Source: Tubulanus polymorphus
Taxonomy: Eukaryota; Animalia; Nemertea
Length of the DNA stretch: 64,000 bases
Reading direction: 5' to 3'
NCBI RefSeq assembly: GCF_964204645.1
Contig: NC_134035.1
Span: forward strand, 5,642,001 to 5,706,000
This document shows positions 14,142-26,300 of the stretch, piece after piece. Position numbers and translations under genes: made by a program. How positions within the stretch are numbered: position 1 is the first letter of the stretch; the number at the start of each line of letters is the position of its first letter. The notes under the pieces are model-generated. The model was not told the DNA's origin, made no database searches, and worked only from the letters and a program-made list of their open reading frames with translations.

Positions 14142-16423
14142 CCGGTCGACCTTGCGACGACGCGATTTTCTGCGCTATTGCAAGCGATGATTTCATCGTA
14201 AACACCCGTCGACTAATAACACACCCTTGCGACACATACCTGTGACTCTAGTTGCAACCTGACGCACATTTTCGTCGTTAAATTAGACGTTCCAACTAGC
14301 AATCCGTCAAAGAAATTTTTGCTTAACGATCTTAAGAATAGAATGGAAATGTGGCTAAATTCGATGCAGATTTAGAAAAACATTCAAATTGATTTTACTT
14401 CGAACAGCATAACCCATAATCAAAATCCCATCCTCCCCGCAAGTCCGGTAGGAATTCGAACCTGATGGCATCGAGAAACTCGCCACAGAATGAAACCTAG
14501 TTTGGGAATGCGAGGCTGCGTAGCTTATAGATGATGGCAACACTAGCCACATTAGAAACCCGTTCTATTTTAGCCCGGGTTTTCCCATTTATAATCCGTG
14601 AAATGTGCCTCAGCGATTATACGACTAGCAATCCGATTGGTGCGGCAAGTTTTCTTGCGGCAAACCTGCGCACCCGTTCTTCGTGCGGCAGCGATCCGTG
14701 GCGTGGCTGAGCGAAGCGACGCCATCAGGTTCGAATCCCTGCCGGCGGAGGATGTTGTCAAAATCCGCGAGATAATTTACGTTGTTTACATAATTTTAAT
14801 TTATTTCACAAATTACCGGTTTCTACTTTTGATAAACGTGTTTATTTTACAGGTTTCTTGGAGCAGGGCCAACTGGTTCGCGATACGGTGAAATTAAAAC
14901 GCAATTACGCAAAACTGAAAAATCCGATCTTCATATTGGACGTACTGAGCATGATACCCGTCGACATATTCCTGCTCGTCATCGACAAATACTCGCCGGC
15001 GACGCGCATGAACCGACTCCTCAAATTCCCGCGCGTTCGCGAATTCTGCGACCGCACGGAAACGCGCACCAGCTTCCCGAACGCCTTCAGGATTACCAAT
15101 CTCGTTTTCTACATATTTGTGATAATACACTGGAACGCTTGTATATATTTTCAAATTAGCAAATTCATCGGTCTCGGCTCGGATAAATGGGTCTTCCCGA
15201 ACATATCGCAACCGCGTTTTTCGGCCGTCGGCACGCAATACGTTTACTGCTTATACTGGTCGACCGTCACGCTGACGTGCATCGGCGAACAGGCCCAACC
15301 GGAGAAAGACGGCGAATGCCTGTTCGTCATATTGGACTACCTGGCCGGGGTTTTGATATTCGCTACTATCGTCGGCAGCGTGGGGAACATGATCGGCAAC
15401 CTGAACGTTTCCCGGTCTCAGTTTCAACAGCGAATCGACGCCGTCAAACGATACATGGAGTTCAGAAAGGTCGGCAAACACTTGGAGAAACGCGTGCTCA
15501 AATGGTTCGACTATTTGTGGCACAATCGACAAGCGATGGACGAAGAGCTGACTCTGTCGCTGTTACCCGAAAAACTGAAAGCCGAAATATTGATGAACGT
15601 GCACCTGGACACGCTGCGACGCGTGCGCATCCTGCGCGGCTGCGAGCCCGGACTGCTACAAGAGCTGGTACTCAAACTGCGACTGCAGGTGTTCAGTCCG
15701 GCCGACTACGTTTGCCGCAAAGGTGACGTAGGCCGCGAAATGTACATCGTCAAACGCGGAAAGCTAAGCGTCATCAGCGACGACGAACAGACTATTTATG
15801 CAAATTTAACCGAAGGTTCGGTTTTCGGCGAAATTAGTATACTGGACATACCGGGCAACAAAACCGGCAATCGCCGAACGGCTAACGTTCGCAGCGAGGG
15901 CTACTCGGACCTGTTTTGCCTATCGAAAGAGGACCTGTGGAAAACGCTGTCCGACTATCCGGACGCGAAAGAGAAGCTGATACAACGCGGTCGTCAGCTG
16001 CTCATCGATCAGAAACTGTTGGACGAACGCGAAGAGGACGAACGCCTGATGCGAGAAGAGAAGGCGGCTAAGGCGAGAGAAGCGTCGGCGGCGAAGGCCG
16101 CGAAACTGGAGGAAGAACTGAAATTCAACCCCGACGACATTCCCGGCGAAGTACGGAAACTAATGATGGAACTCGACGGATTGTATTCGCACGTCACTAA
16201 AGTGGTACAGGAGCTTAGATCATCAGGACATCTGAATGAGGAGATATCGGGAGAGACAGTACAGCAGCAGCAGCAACAGCAGCAGCAACCACAACAACAA
16301 CAACAACAACAGCCGCCGTCATTACGGGAATTAGGTCGCTGTCACAGTCAGGAAAATGGCGTCGCGTCGACGTCGTCGTGTACCATTAAAAAGCGTACAG
16401 TGCGACAAACACAGACTTTATAA
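12308..16423 (+). CDS. CNGA: Cyclic nucleotide-gated channel alpha subunit (CNGA/TAX-4-like); 5' exons not resolved
   Basis: Exon 12308-12537 (duplicate 13817-14046) encodes S1-S2 (YYYWL...DMIVRFRT) and joins in phase 1 to 14853-16423 (G|FLEQG). That exon carries RMNRLLK S4, [11 protein letters not shown]5, pore [12 protein letters not shown], the C-linker, CNBD FGEISIL...[10 protein letters not shown] and a polyQ tail. Confidence 0.93.
14699..14749 (+). mobile_element. tRNA-derived SINE head fragment (A and B boxes) in the CNG intron
   Basis: TGGCTGAGCG (A-box-like) and GGTTCGAATCC (B box). No complete cloverleaf. Confidence 0.4.
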
Positions 16424-16805
16424 CCAGTTTAAAGCCAGTCGCTGACCTTTCCGATTCATGGCTTTCATTCGGCGAAAAGTAATGACGCCAAGTAGCCCCG
16501 CAGTGCTTGCTATTCAGTCACGTAATCTCATAATGATGCCGTTTTGGCGAGTAAAAACGGAACGCTTTAAAACCAAAAATACATATTAGAAACTCAGATC
16601 GCGCCTTTGATCAAGCGTTTGAATAAAAATGATAGGAAATCTCAAACGATGGTCTCTCGGATATGAAAACTATATGGTCAAAATCCAAGTATGGTAAAAT
16701 CCAATACGTACAACATAGTGTCGCGCTCAGCTGTCAAAAACGATTCGTCTTTTGGAACTAAGGATTCAAAAAAGGTTTCAAAGGTATATATAACTTTCTC
16801 CTCTG

Positions 16806-16943
16806 GGGCCAGTTGCACAGTCGTTACTTAAGTCCAAAAGTGGTCTTAAATCTTAAGACTGGTCTTAAGTTGTTAGATTAGCTATAGAACTAAGTTGGTC
16901 TTAGACTGGTCTTAAGTCTAAGCCACGACTATACAACTGGCCC
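16806..16943. mobile_element. Palindromic MITE, Harbinger-like (CTG 3-bp TSD)
   Basis: CTG|GGGCCAGTTGCACAGTCGT ... ACGACTATACAACTGGCCC|CTG. Similarly built short palindromic elements at about 25111-25185, 25363-25415, 33496-33592, 33702-33817, 50984-51098 and 56551-56790. Confidence 0.65.
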
Positions 16944-17659
16944 CTGAAGTAGACTAAAGACGTCTGGCCTAAAAGAACGCAACACAGAACTATCTTCCTC
17001 TCTCTCTTCTTCCCTCTGTTGAGAGCTGCGGAAACGATCGCAAATTCCACATTTCACCATAACATCGATAAACCGGGAATAATCGGAGAGGTTTGCGGCG
17101 GGCTATGTAGATAGAGGCGCGCGTCGACTACACCGTTTTATACCGTATTATTCCACAAATTTCACATTTTTACGGTCATTCATGTTACCGCATGGTTGTC
17201 AACACAGGATCTGCCTCACAGTCGTCATACACGCGTGTATATATGGTTTTTAATTTTTAGATTGATCTTGCGGAAGATATCATTGTAAATAATGTATTGT
17301 ATATATATAAACGAAAAGATACGTGGCTACACGATTAAAAGTTGTTTGATAGACAAATAAAATGTGATACCTTCAATGAAATGCTGATTTATGGAACATG
17401 TTTAAACTGCGTTGTTGATTTCTGTTAGTAACAGTTGTTTATACCCGTATCTTTGTTCTCAATTCATATTTCTTAAGAAAATGCGATTGAAGACGATAAT
17501 CATTTAAGTATATATGACTAGATAAACTCGAGAAATGTTGGATATTACAAAAAATATAGGAATGAAAAAAACTGGATAAATCGTGGCCTAGCTCTTTGCC
17601 AAAGAAAGAATGTTTAACCATTTGTGTCGTTAGTTTTGATGATTATCAAATACTTGATA

Positions 17660-17877
17660 CAGTGGAACCTTGTTATAAAGACCTCACAGATTCAGATTTA
17701 TCATTTATTGAAAAACCTAAAATTTCGTCTCAAAAACAAAAATTTTCATATAATATTAATGGATGTACAAAACAAATTTTTGGTCCTCTGAAGTTTGTTG
17801 TAACGAGGTTTCGTCGTATCAGTTATAACGAACAGATTTTCTGGTCCTGTGAAGTTCGTTGTAACGAGGTTCCACTG
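17660..17877. mobile_element. Tc1/mariner-type MITE with TA TSD
   Basis: TA|CAGTGGAACCTTGTTA ... TAACGAGGTTCCACTG|TA. Confidence 0.75.
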
Positions 17878-20800
17878 TATGTCGTATGGTATCTATCGAA
17901 CTCCAAACTACATGCATTTTTTCAATTTTCGATATATCTGTTTCAACACATGCACTGTTGGTTCTGGTTTTACCTGATCTTCGACTATCGGTGCCGGGCT
18001 TTAATTCTCTGCAGATTGACCGAAGCCAAAATCTTGTCAACTGAATTGTAAAACGTATAAACAATAAAAATGATTTTATTTAGAATTTTCTCATTCGTGT
18101 TTTCGACAACAAGTTTTTTTCTTAGCGATCGGAGGAAGCGGTCGAACGGCCTAAAAACTCCCGAAATACGAAATTAATTCCGCAGAAAGAGAGCACATAA
18201 TCGTTTCCACCGGTTTCATGAGCAAAGATTATCCGTCAGTTTTCCATTGCCATGTAATTGTGTGATAAAACTGAAGACCTGAAACTGAAAAAGTATGTTC
18301 AGAATTTGAAGCGGGGAATAGTCGTTTCCATGCAGTGCACCGAATACTTTCTCGCTTGCCGCTCTCGATCTTTTTAAATTGATTCTTGTGAAAAATATTT
18401 AAGTACAACATAGTAACTTAATTTCTATAGCGCCCTTTTCGCTGTGATACAATGTTCAACGGCGCTTTCCATTAAATCGTTATTATTACCCCGAAGTGGG
18501 GGCCAAGGTTGTCGCGAGCTGACGATATCCGAGCCATGTCACGCCGCATATTGGGTTCAGTAGTGGCATCAAATGCGCTGTCGCTGGCAAATAGGAGTTC
18601 GGACAGTCTCGTTTGACTCTTGTGACTGAGTCTACGCAAGTTTTACAGCCCTCCATAAGTTCTGTAAAGTTGACCTGGGTACCCCGGAGAGGGCCTTGAA
18701 ATGCATCATGGATCATTGCGGAGAACACTCGGGTGCTACAGTAATGAGCGCTTTCTACTGTAGCAGCAATTCGTTCTACAGAATCACATTGACAAAGCTC
18801 CGTTCAAACAATAAATTGATATAAAGTCGATTTTCGGGGTTATCTTTGATCAGAGGTTGGCCCACAAATACAATTGACAGCTCCCCCCCAAACACCCCCA
18901 GCTGTGGTGACAATTTTTTGTCATCTTTTTGTCACTTAGCACAGGATCTCAAACCGTACATTCCAGCTGTTTGTTGACAATTATTGACACTTAAAACAGG
19001 ATCTCAAACCATACACTTCCAGCTGTTTTATAGGTGACAATTTATTGTCAATTGTAACAGGACCTCAAACTATAGATCAGAGTACATGTAGGGACACTGC
19101 CAACTTCATCGAATTCTAAATAAGGACAATAAAATCCATCAATAAACGACTGAACTACGATTCGAATGTGGGTTTGAACTGCTGAGTGAATACATATCCT
19201 TTTGTAATATTTGTTTAACAAAAAATAAAAACATTCTCCCATCGCACGTTTTAGGTATTTTAGGAATCGTTCATAAATACCTTTGATTCCGAATCTTCTC
19301 AGTATTCTTGTACACGACACTATAAGTTTTTTCCAGGGGTAATCATTGGGATTTTTTGTGGGTAAAATCAACTTGTCGTCAACATTTGTACAATCTGTAA
19401 AATAAAATAAGATGTGAAATTAATCACAAAAAACTGACAAGCGGAATATTGGCATTGATCGAAAGTTCATCACACAGTATGAATTTATGGAGAAATTTAC
19501 CATTAGACTGGACCGTTTAATTGCAGGCATTCACCTCGCAGCTGAACCGGGTCTTTAAAAAAGTGTTCCAAATGAGAGGGTGCTAAATAGATCCATGAAA
19601 AGTATACAACATTCTGAGATACATTATTCTGTCAGGAAAGTCAATTCAACACGTAAATTGTTTTAATCATTTATCTACGTAGGGAAACCACGAACTTTTG
19701 AATTGTATCTGGCCACTTTTCAGAAACATCATTCATTACAAAATTTTGTCTTGCTACATCGAACCATTTTTCTGCCCGATAAAAATTTGAAATTGCCTCT
19801 TAAAGCATATATAGCTCTTTGATAGTTTAATTGGCATTTCTTTGGTCTACAGGTCAATCATCTATCAGTTACCGGTACGTGCGGTGGGTTTGTATCGGAC
19901 ACACCAAATAGTATCACAGAAATAAAGCCGGGAAAAGTCCCTTAAAGAGTATTCCACAGAAGCCTAAAAACTAGATTACCATATTTTGTTTACTTGAGGA
20001 AAATAACCAGTAGAATTTCAGTCCCGTTGATACAATATTCTTTTCTTCCTATTCCACGGACTGGAACAATAGAAAAATAGATGTATGTTTTGTAGGGCCT
20101 ACTCAACTTTTTCTGTAAACCGAGACCATTGGGCATTGCCGGTCAAAGCGTCTCCCAGTCTCTCTTTGTCTTTAGTACTCTTATCTGCTTGCAAAAATTG
20201 TACAATCTTCTTCCTGCTCGACCTCATCACTAGTGAAAATCAATATTCAATGTGCTGATGATTTATGATACTCTAGTTTACAACGTTGTAAGATACATGT
20301 CGTGCCTAGTGAATTGAATAAAATGGTTTCAGTGATGAATCCGGAAACAACAACCTGGTGAGCACTAGTTCGATGTGGAATGGTAATGAAGTCAGTTCTC
20401 AACAATAGACATTGACTGGTCTTACATAAATTATCTCGTCAGGAAGACTAGATGGGCGGGGAAGTAAAGTTTGAGGTCCTGTTCAGGGGCAGATCCAGGG
20501 ACCACTGTCGAGGGTAGCACAACGACTGGTATTCAGACTACTGTTTATATATAGGCCTCTAGCTAGGCCCCAAGTGACCTGCTGGATCTGGGATTATATT
20601 AGTTAGTTACCTAATCATTGGTGGTAAGCTGTTATAATCGGATGGGCTTATACCAAATATGGTTTGTGAAAAAATTCGATCGTGAAACTAAATCACAGAC
20701 AGGTTACTGACTTAATAACGGATTATTCATTAGCCAAATCATTTGGCAAGAGAATGTACTGTGACAACCACTAAGCAAAGCGCAAAGTGTCGCAGTGAGG

Positions 20801-21571
20801 GGTCGTGGGGCTTCCCCCGATACTGAGCCTGCTGGGTCGTCGAAGACACCGCAAGAGCTGAGTCAGGCTGCGACTTTTTATGCGAAATAGGGACTTTTTA
20901 ATTTCAAGACCTATGTGACACATTAGATTAATTATGTGATTGTGCCAGCTGTGGAAACAACTTCCAGGACTGGGGAACATCCCTGCGTGAGTGAACCGGC
21001 CCGGACAAATTTGATCGACCTGCCACGCTTACATCGTAAAATACCGTCACCTTAAGAACAACACTGGGCTACTTTGTTTGGCTTTTATAGAGCTAACTAA
21101 AAGGTACACCACGCGGTTTGAGATGGCCGCCATATTATTCGATTAGACTGGTTGCCGGTCGTGTTTTTTACATTTTAGAAATAAATTCTCGATTTTAAAT
21201 TCTTTCAATTGTACATAGTGGGTTTTTTTATCCTATTATCCATTCACCACGTTTGAGTGTGGTTATCGTACTATTGGTTGTCGGTCTATTGCCAATAGAT
21301 GGCGCATCACTCGTCAATAAATGATTTGAATTTGTATTGAAATTGGCGGTCTGGTTTCTTCGTAAAATCGCGAACAAATTATTACTATTTGCAAAACACT
21401 GCTCACTCTCAGTGACCGCACCGGCTGGAAGTATCCTGTAAGCCTAATTTGTGTATTGTAGTTGGGCTTATTATTATATAGGCCTACGCAGAAAGTTGTT
21501 GATGATAGTAACTGCAGAATTTAAAAAAACATTCTGTCACTCAATCTCGTCTCTACTCGACTGCTGCTGAG

Positions 21572-23046
21572 CAGTCAGGAACACTTTCCAAAAACGGCTT
21601 ATTCTGCCAATTTCGGCGTTTTCCGCCAATAACGGCAGAATCAGCCATTTATGGATTACTCAGTTTTAAACTGCTTCTGCCAATTTAGCCGAAATCGGCG
21701 TTTTCTGCCATTTTTGGCTTGTTCTTAAAAAACGCCATTTCCGCCGTTTTCAGCTGTTACAGTTTTTAAAACTACATCGCCAGAAACGGCGTTTTTAGCT
21801 TAGATAGTTTTACAGGTGCTATTTATAATGCTTAGTTCGATGGGAGTCCCTATTATGACATCATCGCTTTTCTGCTGGCATACATTTGTATATTTGCGCC
21901 GAAAAATTAATCTCATTGATCCATTCCAGGCTTCAAGAAAGAATCAAATATAAATGTACGGGTTTCCGATGGCAAATGTATTTGAATTCTGTTCTTTCTG
22001 TATACCTGTATTCTATGTAATAAATATATACATACATGTATCCCAAATTGTTTCGAAAATGTCTGTTTTATTTTGAAATGAATCTAGATACAGCTGTATT
22101 GATTTTGAGTGTTGTAACGTCATCGGCCACCAATTCATTCAATCACTACCCATCACAAGTCCAATTAGCTGGGAGGCATCGAAGATGTTAATTACCTTCA
22201 ATTAACCAACATCATATGCAGTCCAATATATCCCTCAACCATTCTATGCTTTATTAGGCAAGATAAGACCATGGGCAAAACTTAAAACTAGATTTTTGAT
22301 ACACTAGTTTATACATGATCCATGATTGATTTGTCTTATGAGAATGATAATTATAATAATTATTTTATCTTTATTATATAATATTTACACATCCGTTCAC
22401 CTCAGCAAATTAATTATTTTATTCCGAAAAAAAGTACCGTGTAGACACTAGGGAAAACGTCTAAGCGGGTGGGGGAATCCTCTTATATAACAAGTGGACT
22501 GCCAATAATGGCTTAATAGTTTATGATTATAAAACTAGCTACGCCAAAAACGGCGGAATACGCCAGAAATGGCGAATGTTTTTATGTGTACCCATGGCAA
22601 CGTTTAATTGAAAACTTTATAATAGTTTTTAAAACTAGTTCCCAAATTTATTTTTAACAAAAATCATGATTAATAAACTTGTTTCATGCTGTAGTAGTTT
22701 TGAGAGTTTTCCCGGAGTTTTTGGGCTGCATATGACGTAGTCATTTAGAAAAACGTGAATTTGACCACTTTACCTAGCTCAAAAATTTCCATCCTAGCGT
22801 CATATGAAAGCTTATCGTCTGCTCGAGATTATGACGTAATCGGCAACATGCGCTAATTTGACCGGAAGTGCGCAAAAAACTTTAAAGCAAAACTCGAAAC
22901 TTAGTGAGCTGAAACTGGCTGATTAAGCCATAAACGACTGTAAAAGTTTCAAAACTGAGTGATCCATAAACGGCTGATTCTGCCGTTATTGGCGGAAAAC
23001 GCCGAAATTGGCAGAATAAGCCGTTTTTGGAAAGTGTTCCTGACTG
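21572..23046. mobile_element. Non-autonomous DNA transposon, about 1.48 kb, about 100-bp TIRs, in the probable 5'UTR intron of FNBP4
   Basis: CAGTCAGGAACACTTTCCAAAAACGGC... from 21572 is mirrored at about 22945-23046. CTGAG direct repeat on both flanks (21567-21571 and 23047-23051). No transposase ORF. Confidence 0.85.
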
Positions 23047-23316
23047 CTGAGTGACGTCGGCCACCACCACCGTCCAGCCACACTCACCTGCTCACAGCCA
23101 CACAGGCAGTCACTATCCTCTCCTCAGTACACTTCTAGTAAAAATATAGAATTCTTAGAATTGATTGAAATAATTATTGATAAAACTATTGCCCCATATG
23201 AAATGGCCTTGGGCATCATGAACGCAGAAAACTATAGTCTTTGAGTTAAGCACTGTTGTATGCTGTTGATGATTTGGCCTGAATGAATATTTCTCTAAAA
23301 TTCCAGTCGATGAACA

Positions 23317-26300
23317 ATGTATTCGCGTAATCGAAACGGCAAGAAAAGCTACGGTCGAAAAACCATTCTTCAACTCGGTGGTGAATCTTCGAAAAAACAT
23401 CAACAGTCGACTGGTAAGTTCAACTGTTTATTCCGTTGTTATATTCGTCCCCAGCCGCGCAGATCGATGCAAAAATATGTGAAAATTAGATGTCTGCTTG
23501 GAAAATTGTCCGAAAATATAAAGAAATCTGTGAATAATTCAATACTTCGATCCCTCATCACACGGAGCTCGGAATTTATGTACTTAGCTTTTCTAAAAGT
23601 TAAAGAAATCCCATTATAATCCATCCAGATTGTGATCGGTAACTGCTAGGCCTGTGTGTTGACTTACATGACGGAAAAATGTGGACAAATTATGTGAACA
23701 AATCTAGAAAAATCCTTTTGTCTTTTAAAGTTCAAAACCCACTATACAGAATTTAAGATTCTCTAGACAGAGAGGGCCTAAAACGTGTCTTTTGATTTTA
23801 ATTTTTGATAAATGAAATTTGTTTTTAATCTTTTAAATTTTTTATATAGGCCTACTAGGTTTTAAACTTATCATCTGTTCTCCACATCACATAATGGCTA
23901 TTCTACTATCCTTTTCTTTTCTTCTGAAAAAGCAAATTTTAAGGATATGAAAAATGTGGAAATTCCAGAGATTTGTAAAAATTGACAAATTTTGTAGGTA
24001 ATCAGAACGCGCTTGGTTTGATCGGGGCTTATGATGATGATGACACAGAGGACAGTCCTCCGCCGAAACAACAGCCTAATCGTAAGTGTCAAACAACAAG
24101 AACTTACACCGTGAAAAATGGCGTAGATATTGACCGGTAGACCGATATTAATCTCAGTATTTCAGATATATAATGACTGGGTCCCTATGACTCCCTTGAC
24201 TCCTTCTAAATGTAAAATACTTTTCACGGTGCTTGAATCGCTCCCTTAATTTACCTTAGTTTATAGAAATTAGGATAAATAATGATGCAGGCGTTTCCTC
24301 GAAATGTGAAATTTTCTCCTTTAAAAACTCCTTAATCTTATATCCAGGAATATATGATTAGTAGGGTAGCCTGAGTGAGCAAAATCCACATTTAGTTTAT
24401 TCTGTTAGTTTCAAAGTTTTGACTAAACTTATTCATCAGAGAAATGAAAATAAATGTCGTATCTGTATCTTAGCGATTGTCTCATAGTTACTTATCCTTT
24501 CCTAGTAATGTCCATATTTTTACATTACTGTTTATTATTATTACTGGTAGGTCATTTTCGTTTTTTCTGATCATGAAGTTTAGTCAAAACTTTGAAACTT
24601 AGAATATACTGTTATATTATCAACTGCAGGTTTTGCTCATTAACGTACCCGGTAGATATTGCTTTATGTTGTCGACTATGAATAACTTTTAAACGTAAAT
24701 TAATGTCCGTGCATGCTTTAGGCAACTACAATTTTAAGAAATATTTGCAATATTTTTTTCAGCTACAAATGGAGTGAAGAAAAAGGAAGGCGATAAAATT
24801 GATACAGAACTGGCCAATTTTTTAGCAGTAGGTTGATTTGATGTGATCGGTTATTAATGCGCTAGAATTGCTTATTGTTTTTGACATATACATAACATTG
24901 ATATTTCAGGAAATAGATGCCATCGATGAACCACCCTCGAGTAGCAGTCAGGATCCTGAGACAACAACAACTGAATCAGTTATACCAGTCAGTAAGTAAT
25001 TTGTCTTTATTTGTTACAGTATTAAAGAGATGGAGTTTAGTTCAAGGGTCGAATTTTGACCCACATCCATGGGACTGGATCCAAAGATTAGAAGGCACGC
25101 TTAACCCTCCGGACCCAGTCCCGCAGTTGTGAGTTAGAGTTAACTCTTAGGTTAGATGTTAACTCACAACTGTGGAACTGGACCCCGATTAACTAAATCC
25201 GGCTAAGCTTAATCCAGATAATATTATTGACAGTCAAAACATAGTTTATACAATCATGAATAGAAAATACAATATTTTCTATTCAGTGGGCCCCAAAAGA
25301 TCCGAATTAAGCTGGGTCTTATTGCCTTATTGAGGTTCTGACTGCTGGGTTGCATAAAAACGAGCCAGTTCTACAGTTGTGAGTGACTCTTACTCACAAC
25401 TGCGGAACTGGGTCCTGGTGATTTGTAACCCATTTGTTCTTTCTATTTTCTATCAGTGCCTACAACGGACTGGCAACAGTGTTTAGACGAGGGTACCGAG
25501 TGTTACTATTTTTGGAACGTTGCCACGAATGAAGTGACGTGGGAAATACCCGAGGACTACTCGCATTATTTACTGAAATATAAAGAATATGAAGAGAAAA
25601 TGTTCGCCGCGCAAAAGAATCCCGAAGAATCGACTTCAGCTGAAGGGTAAGCACAACGAAAAAGCCTTTCAAAACATATATTGGGGTTGGCTTCTCTGTA
25701 ATAAGGTGACTTAGAATATAGTCAAAACATTGGATAAACTCTACTAGCTCAAGGGAAGATTTTCTGATCTAATATCATTTTTCATCATCATCGTGGAATT
25801 TTCTACATATTTTGCATACATTCTAAGATTCGAAGGGCTTTCCGGGAAGTAATTCATGACTCGATCTATTCTCTGGTTTAAAAGGACGGTCGACCCGAGC
25901 AATGCATCGATGCCAGAACAGACGACGCAACCTGTGGATAATCCTGCAGAAGAAACTGACGTCTATTCCGATTACGGACCTGCGACGCCGGCATCGTCTC
26001 ATCCCGAGTCTCGCGGCGAGACCGTTCAACAAACCGGGGAACAAACCGACAGTCGCGTTAAGTCGGCGTGGCAACCAGAGACGTACAACCCCGTGCCGTA
26101 CAAAGATCCGATATCGTTGGACCACAATCGGTGGAGGTTAGGATTCGGAAGCGTCGACGGATCGACGCGTTTCGTCGAAGCGGAACCGGAACCAGACCCC
26201 GGCGAAACGACGGCAGGCATCGGCGAGAGCGAGTTCTTGTGGTTCCATCGCGATCAGCACGCTTCGAAAATTAAAAAACGCGACGAGCCGACGACGCAGC

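Noticed and set aside
19396-19500. Box C/D snoRNA (GTGATGA on the minus strand)
   Set aside because: No CTGA D box or terminal stem at a suitable distance.
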